From positions 10,810 through 74,809 of the forward strand of contig JAHIPV010000020.1 in the NCBI GenBank assembly GCA_018902845.1: a stretch of DNA of 64,000 nucleotides, written 5' to 3'. The stretch is from Patescibacteria group bacterium (GTDB taxonomy: Bacteria; Patescibacteriota; Microgenomatia; UBA12405). Both the position numbers and the translations under genes were made by a program. Each line of letters begins with the position of its first letter. Position 1 is the stretch's first letter. Shown here in pieces: positions 8,549-17,845 of the stretch. Under the pieces are notes generated by a model. The model was given only the letters and a program-made list of their open reading frames with translations, made no database searches and was not told where the DNA came from.

Positions 8549-9703
8549 CTAGACTTGTTTATATTTTAGTATATTTTTTCTTTTTTTAAGCATTTTGGGG
8601 AGATTTAGAATAATTTGTCCATAAGTAGTGATTAGGCTGGTTGGAAGAATATAAACAGATTTTAGCTTGTAAATTTTTATAGTTTGTTTTATTAAGCCAG
8701 AAAGATTGCGGAGGCGCTCTATAATAATTGGAAATAAATTATTTAGGATTTCTTTTTTGGAGTAATTTTTTATGATGATATAAAACCAGTTTTTGGCATC
8801 CATACGATTTCTAAAATTACCCATTTTAGAGCTGGTGGCGCCACCGATGTGGTAAGAAATTGCTTGGGGGATAAACAGAGTTTTATATTTTAAGTTATGC
8901 AAACGAAGAGCCAGGTCAACATCTTCTTCGTAAGCAAAAAAATCTGGATCAAACATGCCGATTTTTAAGAGTGTAGCTTTGTGATAGCAAACGATAGAAG
9001 CGGAGCTTCCCCAAACGAAATATGATGCGTCATTCTGAGACGAAGTCGAAGAATCTTTTTGTTGACTTTGATTCCGACGAGATTCTTCGTTGGCACTCAG
9101 AATGACGGGTTTTCCGTTGTCGATGTTGAGGGCTTTGCCTGAAATAAAAAATTTGAGTCCCCTGCTTTCTATCTTGGTACCGTTTTTATTTAGAACAGTG
9201 CCAAAAAAAGTAACAATTTTTGGATTTTTGTTGGTTCTTATAGCCAGAGAAATATGCTTGAACCAGTTTTTATCAATAGTCAAATCGTTATTGCAGATAA
9301 TTACATGATTGTATTTGGCTTTTAAAATTCCTTGGTTGACGGCTTTGGCAAAACCAAAGTTTGAAGAATTCTGGATGATTTGATAAGAAATGTCATTCCG
9401 AGTGGAACGAAGTGGAATCGAGGAATCTCTTGACTTGTTCAAGTTTCTCGCTTTGCGAGAATTCTGAGATAAACTCAGAGATCCCTCGACTTCGCTCGGG
9501 ATGACAGAGGGAGTATTTGTGATGATGGTTTCGAATGTTTGAATACTGTTATCAGTGGAGGCGTTGTCAACCAAAATAATTTCAAAATTTTTGATTTTGG
9601 CCAGTTTCAGAGATGACAAAAGAGAGTTAAGGCAATTAGGTAAAAATTTAGCGCCATTTAAGTTAGGAATGATGATGGAGACGGAAAAATCTTGATTTTT
9701 CAA
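8549..9703 (-). CDS. GT2 glycosyltransferase with two large in-frame REP doublets
   Basis: SIIIPNLNG, VDNASTD, NFGFAKAVN, FAYEEDVDL; start codon uncertain (TTG). Confidence 0.85.
   Translation of the reverse strand: MKNQDFSVSIIIPNLNGAKFLPNCLNSLLSSLKLAKIKNFEIILVDNASTDNSIQTFETIITNTPSVIPSEVEGSLSLSQNSRKARNLNKSRDSSIPLRSTRNDISYQIIQNSSNFGFAKAVNQGILKAKYNHVIICNNDLTIDKNWFKHISLAIRTNKNPKIVTFFGTVLNKNGTKIESRGLKFFISGKALNIDNGKPVILSANEESRRNQSQQKDSSTSSQNDASYFVWGSSASIVCYHKATLLKIGMFDPDFFAYEEDVDLALRLHNLKYKTLFIPQAISYHIGGATSSKMGNFRNRMDAKNWFYIIIKNYSKKEILNNLFPIIIERLRNLSGLIKQTIKIYKLKSVYILPTSLITTYGQIILNLPKMLKKRKNILKYKQV
9028..9107. repeat. CGTC-type REP doublet, in-frame insertion
   Basis: CGTCATTCTGAG ... CTCAGAATGACG; encodes VILSANEES...DSSTSSQND. 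Confidence 0.9.
9391..9506. repeat. TGTC-type REP doublet, in-frame insertion
   Basis: TGTCATTCCGAG ... CTCGGGATGACA; encodes VIPSEVEGS...DSSIPLRSTRND. Confidence 0.9.
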
Positions 9704-9826
9704 ATTTCTAATTTCAAATTTCTAATTTTTAAACTAATTTTCTCCCTTTGGGTGACTTTGTTTACATGATTGCGCGCCCAAAAAAACATTACAGCGGTAA
9801 TTTGATAGTTCTGATTTTGGTAATTT

Positions 9827-10297
9827 TTAGATTTTATTTGGTAGATTAATTTTGTCTCCGACTTTTAGATTTAGTTTTTGGGCTTCACCGGCGTTTAATT
9901 CAATGACATAAAGGGAGAGAGTGGGGCAACTGTATCGTTTTAGTTGAAAAGCCGAAGTGTTTGGCTGGATTGGTGCTGTATGAATGGCAGTAATGTTTTT
10001 GTTTTCATCCAAAAAAATTATGTCAAGAGGAATTAGAGTGTTTTTCATCCAAAAAACATGATAATCAGGTTTTTTAAAAACAAAAAGCATGCCACAATTA
10101 GAACAAAGGCTTTTTCTGTCTGATAAGCCCTTGGCTCGCTGAGGAACGGTTTGAACAATTTCCAGTTTGTAGTTTTGATTTTTGATATTAACTTTTATTT
10201 TGTCGAGTTTTTGGGCTTTTAATATAGAAATGAGATAAAAAATAGAACACAGGATGGTGATTACTAAAGCTATTATTAAGAATTTTTTGATTGCCAT
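9827..10297 (-). CDS. DUF192 family protein with N-terminal anchor
   Basis: RAKGLSDR, GMLFVF, FWMKNTLIPLDIIFLD, YVIELNAG, GD. Confidence 0.9.
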   Translation of the reverse strand: MAIKKFLIIALVITILCSIFYLISILKAQKLDKIKVNIKNQNYKLEIVQTVPQRAKGLSDRKSLCSNCGMLFVFKKPDYHVFWMKNTLIPLDIIFLDENKNITAIHTAPIQPNTSAFQLKRYSCPTLSLYVIELNAGEAQKLNLKVGDKINLPNKI

Positions 10298-10298
10298 T

Positions 10299-11690
10299 TT
10301 AGATGATTAGTTTATCTTGTTTAATTAAGAATATATTGTTTTTTTGTTTGGTTAAATCTAACAGTTTTTGGGTGAAACCGGATTTTGATAGTAATATGTA
10401 TTTTTCTTTTTTATAGTTTTTATTTAAATCAAGATTTTTGATTTTTTCTCTTAATTGCTTAAGTGTGTTGATGCCAACTTTTTTGTTTGACCATTTGGAT
10501 TCTATAAAAGCAATTTCGTTTTTAAGAGAGTTAGTGCCAATATTGTCAATCTCTGTTTCATTGTGCCAAAATCTACCAATTTTTTCAAAATTACCTATTT
10601 TTTTTGAGTATTGATTTATTATTTCCGGAGCGATTCTTTGGTAGTTCTCTTGGGTAATAGCCGGAAAATAGATTTTTAGTTTTGATTTAATTAAGTTGAT
10701 GTTTCCCAGTTCTATCTCTTGGCGATAAGGAAGAACAAAATTAAACCAAAAATTTACGAATTGATCTTTAATCCTATATATTCCCTTTCTTGGTTTTTGA
10801 GGTTGTTTTTCTGTAATTGGTATTTCTTTTTCTATAAGACCAAGATTTTCGAGTACAAAGAGATATTTATGTATAATTGTTTTTTTTAGGCCTGTTTGTT
10901 CGATAATATCGGAAATTTTATTTCTCTTAAAAGCAAGAGACTTTAGGATACTATAATAATTTTTTGGTTCTCTCAATTCTTCTTTTAGTAGAAAATCAAT
11001 TTCTTCATATAGAGGTGAGTTTTTGTTTAGTATTTCTTTTTCGATTGCTTTTTGTAGTTGAGTGTATTTTGAAAGTTTGTTTAGGTATTCAGGGTTCCCT
11101 CCTGTTATAGAAAAAAATGATAGAAAATTTGGGAATTTTAGTTTGGGGAAAAATTTTTTGGATTGGTAAAAATTTAATGGTTTGAGATGTATTTGGCCGG
11201 TTCTTCTTCCAAAAAGCGGGGCTTTTTCTGATAATGTTTCATTTATCATCATGCCGAAGCTGGAGCCGCAGAGTATTAGTTTGATATTTTTATTTCTTTT
11301 TAATTTTTCATCCCAGTATTGTTGAAAAATGGAACTTAATCCTGGTTGAGAGGAAACAAAATAAGGGTATTCATCGAAGGCTATGATGGTTTTTTTCTTT
11401 GTATTTCTGATAAGAAAATTAAAAAAATCATCCCAAGATTTAAATGGTTGATTTTCTAAAAGTGGTTGTTTGAATTTTGTAGCGCAGGTTTCTGATAATT
11501 GTTGTAGATTGTCTTTGTTGCCAACTTGACGGCCAAGAAAATAAATATAGTTTTTATTTTTGCAAAAATGTTTAATTAACTCTGTTTTTCCTACTCTTCG
11601 TTTTCCGTAAATTATAATCAATGAGGCGTTGTTGTTGGAGAATTCTGATTTTAGAAAAGATGTTTCTTGTGTTCTGTTTATAAATTTCAT
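10299..11690 (-). CDS. Archaeal-type ATPase (ATPase_2) with wHTH and C-terminal DUF234/PD-(D/E)xK domain
   Basis: FINR, GKRRVGKT, FDEYP, CGSS, LFGRRT, EID...IESKW. Confidence 0.85.
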   Translation of the reverse strand: MKFINRTQETSFLKSEFSNNNASLIIIYGKRRVGKTELIKHFCKNKNYIYFLGRQVGNKDNLQQLSETCATKFKQPLLENQPFKSWDDFFNFLIRNTKKKTIIAFDEYPYFVSSQPGLSSIFQQYWDEKLKRNKNIKLILCGSSFGMMINETLSEKAPLFGRRTGQIHLKPLNFYQSKKFFPKLKFPNFLSFFSITGGNPEYLNKLSKYTQLQKAIEKEILNKNSPLYEEIDFLLKEELREPKNYYSILKSLAFKRNKISDIIEQTGLKKTIIHKYLFVLENLGLIEKEIPITEKQPQKPRKGIYRIKDQFVNFWFNFVLPYRQEIELGNINLIKSKLKIYFPAITQENYQRIAPEIINQYSKKIGNFEKIGRFWHNETEIDNIGTNSLKNEIAFIESKWSNKKVGINTLKQLREKIKNLDLNKNYKKEKYILLSKSGFTQKLLDLTKQKNNIFLIKQDKLII

Positions 11691-11734
11691 AGTCTACTTA
11701 TAAATAGTCTACTTACAAGTAGACTATTTGTCAA
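11690..11734 (-). promoter_or_regulatory. Promoter with repeated operator for ATPase gene
   Basis: TTGACA(11734-11729)-17 bp-TAGACT; three copies of AGTCTACTT (two direct, one inverted). Confidence 0.7.
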
Positions 11735-13004
11735 GATGTTTTACCAGATTATTTATTATTTTATCCCATGTATGGTTTTGTTTTATATAGTTATAGCCGT
11801 TTTGGGAAAGTTTACGGTAGAGCTTGGGATTATTTAATAGTTTTTGGATTTGTTTGATCAAATCATTTAGTGAGTTTTTTTTGAATATCAGTCCCCCATT
11901 GGATTTATTTATTAATTCTTTGACCGGTGGAATATTAGCGCCGATTACCGGTTTTTGGCGGGCCATGGCTTCTATAAAAGTAAGGCCAAAACTTTCATGA
12001 ATGGAGGGATTGACCAAAATGGTGCAATTGTCTAAGTAGTACTTTAGGGTTTTGGGGTTATAGCGCTTGGGTGTAATAGTAATTTTTTGGCGGATATTTT
12101 TGGGGATATTGTTCAAAAGTTTTTGGATTTTGGGATAGTATAAAGTTTTTTGACCTGCTATTGTCAGGGTTAGACTTGGATATTTAATTGACAGTTTTTC
12201 AAAGGCTTGGATTAGTAGTTCAATGCGTTTGTGGGCGGAAAAATTACCAAGAAATAAAATAACTGGATTGTTCGGGCGACCGTAAAGGTCGCCCCTACAG
12301 TAGACTGGTTTTAAAAATGATTTGTCGATGCCGGCGCCGAGGGGTAAAAATTTTGATTTGAGGATATGATATTTTTTGGAAAGATAGTTGGCTTCGTGTT
12401 GGGTTAGGGTCCAGATTAAATTGGAATTTTGGAGGGTTTTTATAAGAGGTTTGCGAGAAAAGGCAAGGTCGAATTGATGAAAACAGGGAAGAGTCAACAG
12501 TTTAGATTTGGTGAGCTTCTGAACAAGTTTTGAATATAAAACTATGGTGGTTGGAAGAGGGCCGGCTATAACCCAGTCGGGTTTGAATTTATGAATTTTG
12601 ATTAGAGCTTTTATAAATGGAATGAATTTGAAAATAGGGCCGAGTTGAAGGATGCCAAGAAGATTTAAAAAAAAAGATCCTTCACTGTGTTCAGGATGAC
12701 GTGGAGACAGTTTTTGAGAAATTAATGAGAGTAGTTTGAGGGGGCGACGAAGGTGTTTGTAGACGGGAAGGCGGATTGTTGGACGACTGCTCCGATGCTC
12801 ACTGTGTTCGAGCGGAGTGCCTTTGGCAGATGATTGGATGACTGGTGATTTAGATGTGACAAAATCATCGGTTGAATAACAGTTGGTAGTCAGGACCATG
12901 ATTTGATGGCCTTTTTTGCCAAGGTACTCCCCTGTTTTGGCTATGATTTTTGATCCGCCGTCAACAGCGGGAGGGAAAATGTGGGTTAGGAGTAAGATTC
13001 GCAT
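11724..13004 (-). CDS. GT4 glycosyltransferase with three in-frame repeat insertions
   Basis: FPPAVDGG, HKRIE, PSIHESFGLTFIEAM; inserts CRGDLYGRP, RHPEHSEGS, SAKGTPLEHSEHRS. Confidence 0.9.
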   Translation of the reverse strand: MRILLLTHIFPPAVDGGSKIIAKTGEYLGKKGHQIMVLTTNCYSTDDFVTSKSPVIQSSAKGTPLEHSEHRSSRPTIRLPVYKHLRRPLKLLSLISQKLSPRHPEHSEGSFFLNLLGILQLGPIFKFIPFIKALIKIHKFKPDWVIAGPLPTTIVLYSKLVQKLTKSKLLTLPCFHQFDLAFSRKPLIKTLQNSNLIWTLTQHEANYLSKKYHILKSKFLPLGAGIDKSFLKPVYCRGDLYGRPNNPVILFLGNFSAHKRIELLIQAFEKLSIKYPSLTLTIAGQKTLYYPKIQKLLNNIPKNIRQKITITPKRYNPKTLKYYLDNCTILVNPSIHESFGLTFIEAMARQKPVIGANIPPVKELINKSNGGLIFKKNSLNDLIKQIQKLLNNPKLYRKLSQNGYNYIKQNHTWDKIINNLVKHLDK

Positions 13005-13070
13005 TAATCGATGCTATAAAGTATATATTTTATATTACTATGTGGAATCGATTGAAGTGAATTTCCTGTC

Positions 13071-13118
13071 TTGACACGTCTTCGTATACTTTAGATAATA
13101 TAAAGTATATGAAGACGT
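13071..13118 (+). promoter_or_regulatory. abiE promoter and 18-bp inverted-repeat operator
   Basis: TTGACA 13071-13076, 17 bp, GATAAT; ACGTCTTCGTATACTTTA / TAAAGTATATGAAGACGT (17/18) overlapping the ATG. Confidence 0.8.
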
Positions 13119-13702
13119 ATGATTTAGCATTATTAACTAAAGAGTTGGCAGAATCGGGAATATTGTTTTTTGATTTAAAAACTTTAAGAGATATTTTGAA
13201 TATTAAAAATGAAGATTCTTTTTTTGATGTAATAAAAAGATTGAGACGATCCGGAGTTATAAAAAAGATTGAACGAAACAAATATTTATTAAAAGGCAAG
13301 CTGGAGTTTAATGATTTTGCTTTGGCGAATTTTATTTATAGTCCTTCTTATGTTTCTTTTGAATCAGCTTTGAATTTTCATGGTATTTTGTCTCAATTCC
13401 CTTTGGAAATAAGTTCTGCTACCACTAAAAATACAAAGAAAAAATCAGTTGAAGGAAGGCACTTTTTTTATTGCCAGATTAAGAAGAGTTTGTTTTGGGG
13501 TTATGTTAAAAAAGATTCTTATTTGATGGCTGTGCCGGAAAAAGCATTGATAGATCAATTTTATTTATATACAAAAGGTTTGAAATCGTTTGGGGTTGAT
13601 GAATATGATTTATCTTTAATTAACAAGAGAGTTTTAAAGAAATATTTAATACGAATACCTGAAATTAAAAATAAATTGTTAAAAATTTGCGGGTTTTTAT
13701 GA
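13109..13702 (+). CDS. abiEi: Type IV TA antitoxin, AbiEi-like
   Basis: N-terminal wHTH-like, PSYVSFESALNFHG, PEKALID; coupled to AbiEii. Confidence 0.85.
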   Translation: MKTYDLALLTKELAESGILFFDLKTLRDILNIKNEDSFFDVIKRLRRSGVIKKIERNKYLLKGKLEFNDFALANFIYSPSYVSFESALNFHGILSQFPLEISSATTKNTKKKSVEGRHFFYCQIKKSLFWGYVKKDSYLMAVPEKALIDQFYLYTKGLKSFGVDEYDLSLINKRVLKKYLIRIPEIKNKLLKICGFL

Positions 13703-14469
13703 TTGATAAAACTCAATTAAACAGTTTAGTAAAAAAATTTAAAATAAATGAAACTACTGTACTGAGGGAATATTTACAGGTTTGGTTTTTACAAAGATTA
13801 TATTCTGAATCAAAAAGTAAAAATATTTATTTTAAAGGAGGCACTGCCATTCATTTGATTTATAAGGCGCCTCGTTTTTCTGAAGATTTGGATTTTACGG
13901 TTAATATGGATGAAAAAGAGTTTTTGAAGTTTATTGAAAAGTTTTTTTCTGCTTTATCCGGGCTTGAACCTGTCAGTTTTAAACAAAGAAAAGTCTTGGC
14001 CGGTTTTAGATTTTTACTAACTTGCAAGTCAAGTGTGGTGAGTTATCCTGTTTTTATAAACCTTGATTTTTCTTTTAGGGAAATGGCATTGAAACCGGAA
14101 AAGTCGATTATAGAAACTGATTTTCCAATTATTTTTAATTCATATATTTATCATTTGTCTGCCGAGGAGATGTTGGCGGAAAAAGTAAGAGCTATTTTGA
14201 GCAGAAAGAAAGGAAGAGATATTTATGATTTGTGGTATTTATTGAATTTGGATACGAAATTTAACCGTGAATGGATTTTAAAGAAATTAGAATATTACAA
14301 AATGAAAAGTGTAGACATGGAAGAAATTGTGGGGCGAATAAATGGATTTGGGGCAAAACAATTTGTTTTGGATATGAGGCCTTTTGTTCCAATAAATGAA
14401 AAAGACAAGTTAGAATCTCTTTATGCTTATATTTGTGACTATATAAAGAGGAAACTAAAGGATAAGTAG
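13699..14469 (+). CDS. abiEii: Type IV TA toxin, AbiEii nucleotidyltransferase
   Basis: FKGGTA, RFSEDLDF, AEKVRA, RDIYDL; ATGA overlap with antitoxin. Confidence 0.9.
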   Translation: MIDKTQLNSLVKKFKINETTVLREYLQVWFLQRLYSESKSKNIYFKGGTAIHLIYKAPRFSEDLDFTVNMDEKEFLKFIEKFFSALSGLEPVSFKQRKVLAGFRFLLTCKSSVVSYPVFINLDFSFREMALKPEKSIIETDFPIIFNSYIYHLSAEEMLAEKVRAILSRKKGRDIYDLWYLLNLDTKFNREWILKKLEYYKMKSVDMEEIVGRINGFGAKQFVLDMRPFVPINEKDKLESLYAYICDYIKRKLKDK

Positions 14470-14471
14470 AT

Positions 14472-15389
14472 ATGTTGAAGAGGATTTTGAAATCAAGGTT
14501 AATTAAGATTTTGTTTTCGGGGGTATTGCTTTATTTGGTATTTAGAAAAATAGACCTGGGAAGTTTGTTAATGGAAATGAGAAGGGTACCGTGGTGGTTT
14601 TTATTGGCAATGGTTTTGTATGGTTTTTTGTGCGCTTTAATTGGGGCTTTAAGGTGGAGTTTGCTTTTATTAAAAAAGCCAAGATTTAAGGATATTTTAT
14701 TTTTTACCAAAATTATTTATATTGGGTCTTTTTATAGTTTGTTTTTGTCTTCCAGTGTAGGCGGCGACCTAGTTAAATGGTTGCCACTTTTAAAGAAGTA
14801 TCCAAAATTGTCAAAAGTCAAAATTGCCAGTTCGGTTTTGGTGGATAGGATTATTGGCATGTCTGCTTTGGTTTTTGGAGCATTTGGGGCGGTTTTGTTG
14901 GGGAAATTTTTGAAGTTTGATTTTCCGGATTATTTGTTTTGGCTGTTTTTGGTTTTGTTTGTTGGAGTGTTGGGTTTTTATGTTTTGATTTGGTTTTTTG
15001 ATCTTGATAATTTTTTTAGCAGATTTTCAGTTTTAAGAAAGTTGTCCGAGGTGGTTGATTTTTTGAAAAATGAGAATAAAAAAAGAATTATTTATGGTTT
15101 TTTGATTTCTTTGTTTGGGGTGATGATTTGGAATTTGCCAATGTGGTTTTATAGTTTGGTTTTTGATGCAGGGATTGGGTTGTTGCCGATTTATATATTT
15201 ATGCCAATTATCAGTTTGATTTTGATTTTACCGGTGTCAGTGGCCGGGTTTGGAGCCAGAGAAGCTTTGTTTTTGTATTTTTTTGGTAAGCTGGGAATTG
15301 AGAGTGAAAAGATTTTGTTGGTATCGACTTTTACGGGAGTGTTTGGTGTTTTGGTGGCATTGGTTGGCGGGGTTTGGGGGATGGTGTAG
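14472..15389 (+). CDS. Lysylphosphatidylglycerol synthase TM-domain (flippase-like, YbhN family) protein
   Basis: LRW, SSVGGDLVK, DRIIG, LPVSVAGFGARE. Confidence 0.85.
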   Translation: MLKRILKSRLIKILFSGVLLYLVFRKIDLGSLLMEMRRVPWWFLLAMVLYGFLCALIGALRWSLLLLKKPRFKDILFFTKIIYIGSFYSLFLSSSVGGDLVKWLPLLKKYPKLSKVKIASSVLVDRIIGMSALVFGAFGAVLLGKFLKFDFPDYLFWLFLVLFVGVLGFYVLIWFFDLDNFFSRFSVLRKLSEVVDFLKNENKKRIIYGFLISLFGVMIWNLPMWFYSLVFDAGIGLLPIYIFMPIISLILILPVSVAGFGAREALFLYFFGKLGIESEKILLVSTFTGVFGVLVALVGGVWGMV

Positions 15390-15437
15390 GACAAATTTAA
15401 GGTTGTACTTGAAATTTGTCCAAAATTGTTTTAGAAT
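15389..15437 (+). promoter_or_regulatory. Promoter with palindromic operator
   Basis: GGACAAATTT ... AAATTTGTCC; TTGAAA 15409-15414, 17 bp, TAGAAT 15432-15437, ATG 5 nt later. Confidence 0.7.
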
Positions 15438-15442
15438 AAATC

Positions 15443-16588
15443 ATGTTTAAAAGAACTTTGTCATCTTTGATAGTTAAAGCCAGTAAGCAGTATTCTGTAA
15501 TTTCTATTACCGGGCCCAGACAGTCGGGTAAAACTACTTTAAGTAAAGGTTTGTTTTCTGATTTCGCTTATTTTAATTTAGAAAATCCCTTAACAAGAGA
15601 GTTTGCGAAAAATGATCCGAAAGCTTTTTTGGCTCAAGACAAAAAAATGGTTATAGACGAGATTCAGCGTGTGCCAGAACTTTTTTCCTACCTTCAAGTG
15701 ATAGTTGATAATGAAAAAAAAAGAAAATTTGTTATTACCGGTTCGCAAAATTTTTTAATTTCAGAAAAAATTTCTCAAACCTTGGCTGGCAGAATAGCTA
15801 TTTTTAGACTTTTGCCTTTGTCTTTAAAAGAATTGCAAAATAACAAGATTGCTCCGGTTGATATTTATAAACTTTTGGTTAAGGGTGGTTATCCGAGATT
15901 ATATGATGAGAAATTGGATTTTTCGGAATGGTATGCAAATTACATTGAAACTTATCTTCAAAGAGATGTGAGAGAAATCAAAGAGATTAAGAATTTATCT
16001 GATTTTCAAACCTTTTTGGGTTTGTGCGCAGGTAGGACCGGACAAATATTAAATCTTTCTTCTTTGGCTAATGATGCAGGAGTTTCTGTGCCTACAATTA
16101 AAGAATGGTTATCGGTTTTAGAGGCTAGTTATGTAATTTATAGATTGCAACCTTTTTACGAAAATTTTAATAAAAGGCTTATCAAGTCTCCAAAAATTTA
16201 TTTTTACGATACGGGTTTGGCTTGTGCTTTGCTTGGTATTAAGACTGAAAAAGAATTGGCAAAACATCCATTAATGGGTAATATTTTTGAAACTTTTGTT
16301 GTTAGTGAATTGCAAAAACAAAATTTACACAGGCAGATGAGATTAAATTTTTATTATTTGAGAGATAAACAAGGAAATGAAGTAGATCTTTTATACAAAA
16401 CAGGGCAAAAACTGCATCTTTTGGAGATTAAGTCTGCCCAGAGTTTTAGGCTGGATTTTGTTAATGCCTTTGATTATTTTGCTAAAATTTCCGGTAAGGA
16501 AACAGAAAATCAAATAATTTATGGAGGGGATCTTAAGCAAAAAAGGAGTAATTTTGTCTTATTGCCATGGAGGGAGATGTGTTTGTAG
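15443..16588 (+). CDS. AAA_14 ATPase with DUF4143 and PD-(D/E)xK-like tail
   Basis: GPRQSGKT, IDEIQ, TGS, KSPKIYFYDTG, EVDL...EIK. Confidence 0.9.
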   Translation: MFKRTLSSLIVKASKQYSVISITGPRQSGKTTLSKGLFSDFAYFNLENPLTREFAKNDPKAFLAQDKKMVIDEIQRVPELFSYLQVIVDNEKKRKFVITGSQNFLISEKISQTLAGRIAIFRLLPLSLKELQNNKIAPVDIYKLLVKGGYPRLYDEKLDFSEWYANYIETYLQRDVREIKEIKNLSDFQTFLGLCAGRTGQILNLSSLANDAGVSVPTIKEWLSVLEASYVIYRLQPFYENFNKRLIKSPKIYFYDTGLACALLGIKTEKELAKHPLMGNIFETFVVSELQKQNLHRQMRLNFYYLRDKQGNEVDLLYKTGQKLHLLEIKSAQSFRLDFVNAFDYFAKISGKETENQIIYGGDLKQKRSNFVLLPWREMCL

Positions 16589-16633
16589 GAGACGGATGGG
16601 GTTGGTTTTTAAAAACAGTTGCTATAATAAATT

Positions 16634-16825
16634 ATGGTTGATTTAAAAAGTGGGTTTTATAAAACTTTTGCCAATTTACCATTGGGAGTAAGAGATGGGA
16701 TAGTATTGGTAATAGACGGTCAGCCGACAACTTGGAATGTGATCAAATTGGAGGTTGATACAGACAGTAAAACATCAAAGAAGGCCTTAAAATTGTTAGA
16801 TGAGTTGAGATTAATTAAGAAATAG
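16634..16825 (+). CDS. Small hypothetical protein, gene 1 of protease module
   Basis: 63 aa; TATAAT 5 nt upstream of ATG. Confidence 0.7.
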   Translation: MVDLKSGFYKTFANLPLGVRDGIVLVIDGQPTTWNVIKLEVDTDSKTSKKALKLLDELRLIKK

Positions 16826-16942
16826 ATAATTAGACAACTAGACAACTAGATAACTAGATAACTAGATAACTAGATAACTAGATAACCGGATAACCGGATA
16901 ACCGGATAACCGGACAACTAGATAACCGGATAACCGGATAAA
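16823..16942 (+). repeat. Tandem array of 15 8-mers (TAGATAAC/TAGACAAC/CGGATAAC)
   Basis: Counted directly; begins at the TAG stop of the preceding ORF. Confidence 0.95.
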
Positions 16943-16945
16943 AAC

Positions 16946-17182
16946 ATGATGAAAAAAGGTAAAAAAATAAATATAAACGAAAAAGAAATTGTAATGGCTC
17001 AAGTCAGAACTTATGATAGTGATTTTGAATTAAGTATTGGAAGTTTTGGAACTTTTTCAAAAAAAGAATTGCTGGAAAATATCGAAAAAGAAAGTGAAGT
17101 TGGCAAGCAAATTGTTGAAATTCAGATGAATTATTTGAGGGATTTGGTCAGTGGAGATATTTACAAAATTTTGGAAGATTAA
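16946..17182 (+). CDS. Small hypothetical protein, gene 2 of protease module
   Basis: 78 aa; TAATG coupling to next gene. Confidence 0.7.
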   Translation: MMKKGKKININEKEIVMAQVRTYDSDFELSIGSFGTFSKKELLENIEKESEVGKQIVEIQMNYLRDLVSGDIYKILED

Positions 17183-17811
17183 TGGTTTTGATAACCCGAC
17201 CCAATCATGATTTGGCTACAAGGTATCTTTATCATTTTAGTAAGAAAGTAGTTGATTACTGTCAAAAAAAATCTATTTCCTTGGTAGATTTAAAAGGCAA
17301 AAAGGCCAATAGGAAATTATTTTTGAGTTATGTCAAGAAAGGAAAATTAAAGTTTGTTTTTGTAAATGGACATGGAAATGATGATATTGTGTGTGGTTAC
17401 GATAATGAAGTAATAGTTGACAAATACGAAAAGGATTTTAAAAAAACTATTTTTTATTGCAGGAGTTGTCGATCGGCAAAGATATTGGGGAAGAAATTGG
17501 TCAAAGGTGGAATCAGCGCATTTGTCGGTTATACAAAAGATTATTATGTATTGATGTCCAGAAAGAAGAATACCAATCCCCTGTCTGATAAGACTGCCAG
17601 ATTATTTTTAGACCCTTCAAATTTGGTGGCCATGTCGATATTAAAAGGAGATAATGTTGGCGAAGCAGACAAAAAGTCAAAAAAATTATTGAAGAAAAAT
17701 ATTAAAGAAGTGATTGGTAGCAAGATGAGATTTAAAGATGATGTGGTGGCCTATTTGCTTCATGATTTAAAAGCCCAAGTAGTCATTGGTGACAAAAGCG
17801 CGAAGTTGTAG
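17182..17811 (+). CDS. Putative clan CD (caspase/gingipain/CHAT-like) cysteine peptidase
   Basis: Hydrophobic strand + NGHG (FVFVNGHG) and strand + SC (IFYCRSC), then AFVGY. Confidence 0.6.
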   Translation: MVLITRPNHDLATRYLYHFSKKVVDYCQKKSISLVDLKGKKANRKLFLSYVKKGKLKFVFVNGHGNDDIVCGYDNEVIVDKYEKDFKKTIFYCRSCRSAKILGKKLVKGGISAFVGYTKDYYVLMSRKKNTNPLSDKTARLFLDPSNLVAMSILKGDNVGEADKKSKKLLKKNIKEVIGSKMRFKDDVVAYLLHDLKAQVVIGDKSAKL

Positions 17812-17845
17812 GTGGGAGAGTAGTGTGAAATGGGATAAGAAATTG

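Noticed and set aside
3427-9506. In-frame inserts as inteins or self-splicing introns
   Set aside because: Too short, no intein C/S...HN termini or group I/II features, and they match intergenic REP copies
16823-16942. Possible CRISPR array
   Set aside because: 8-bp units with no unique spacers and no cas genes recognised
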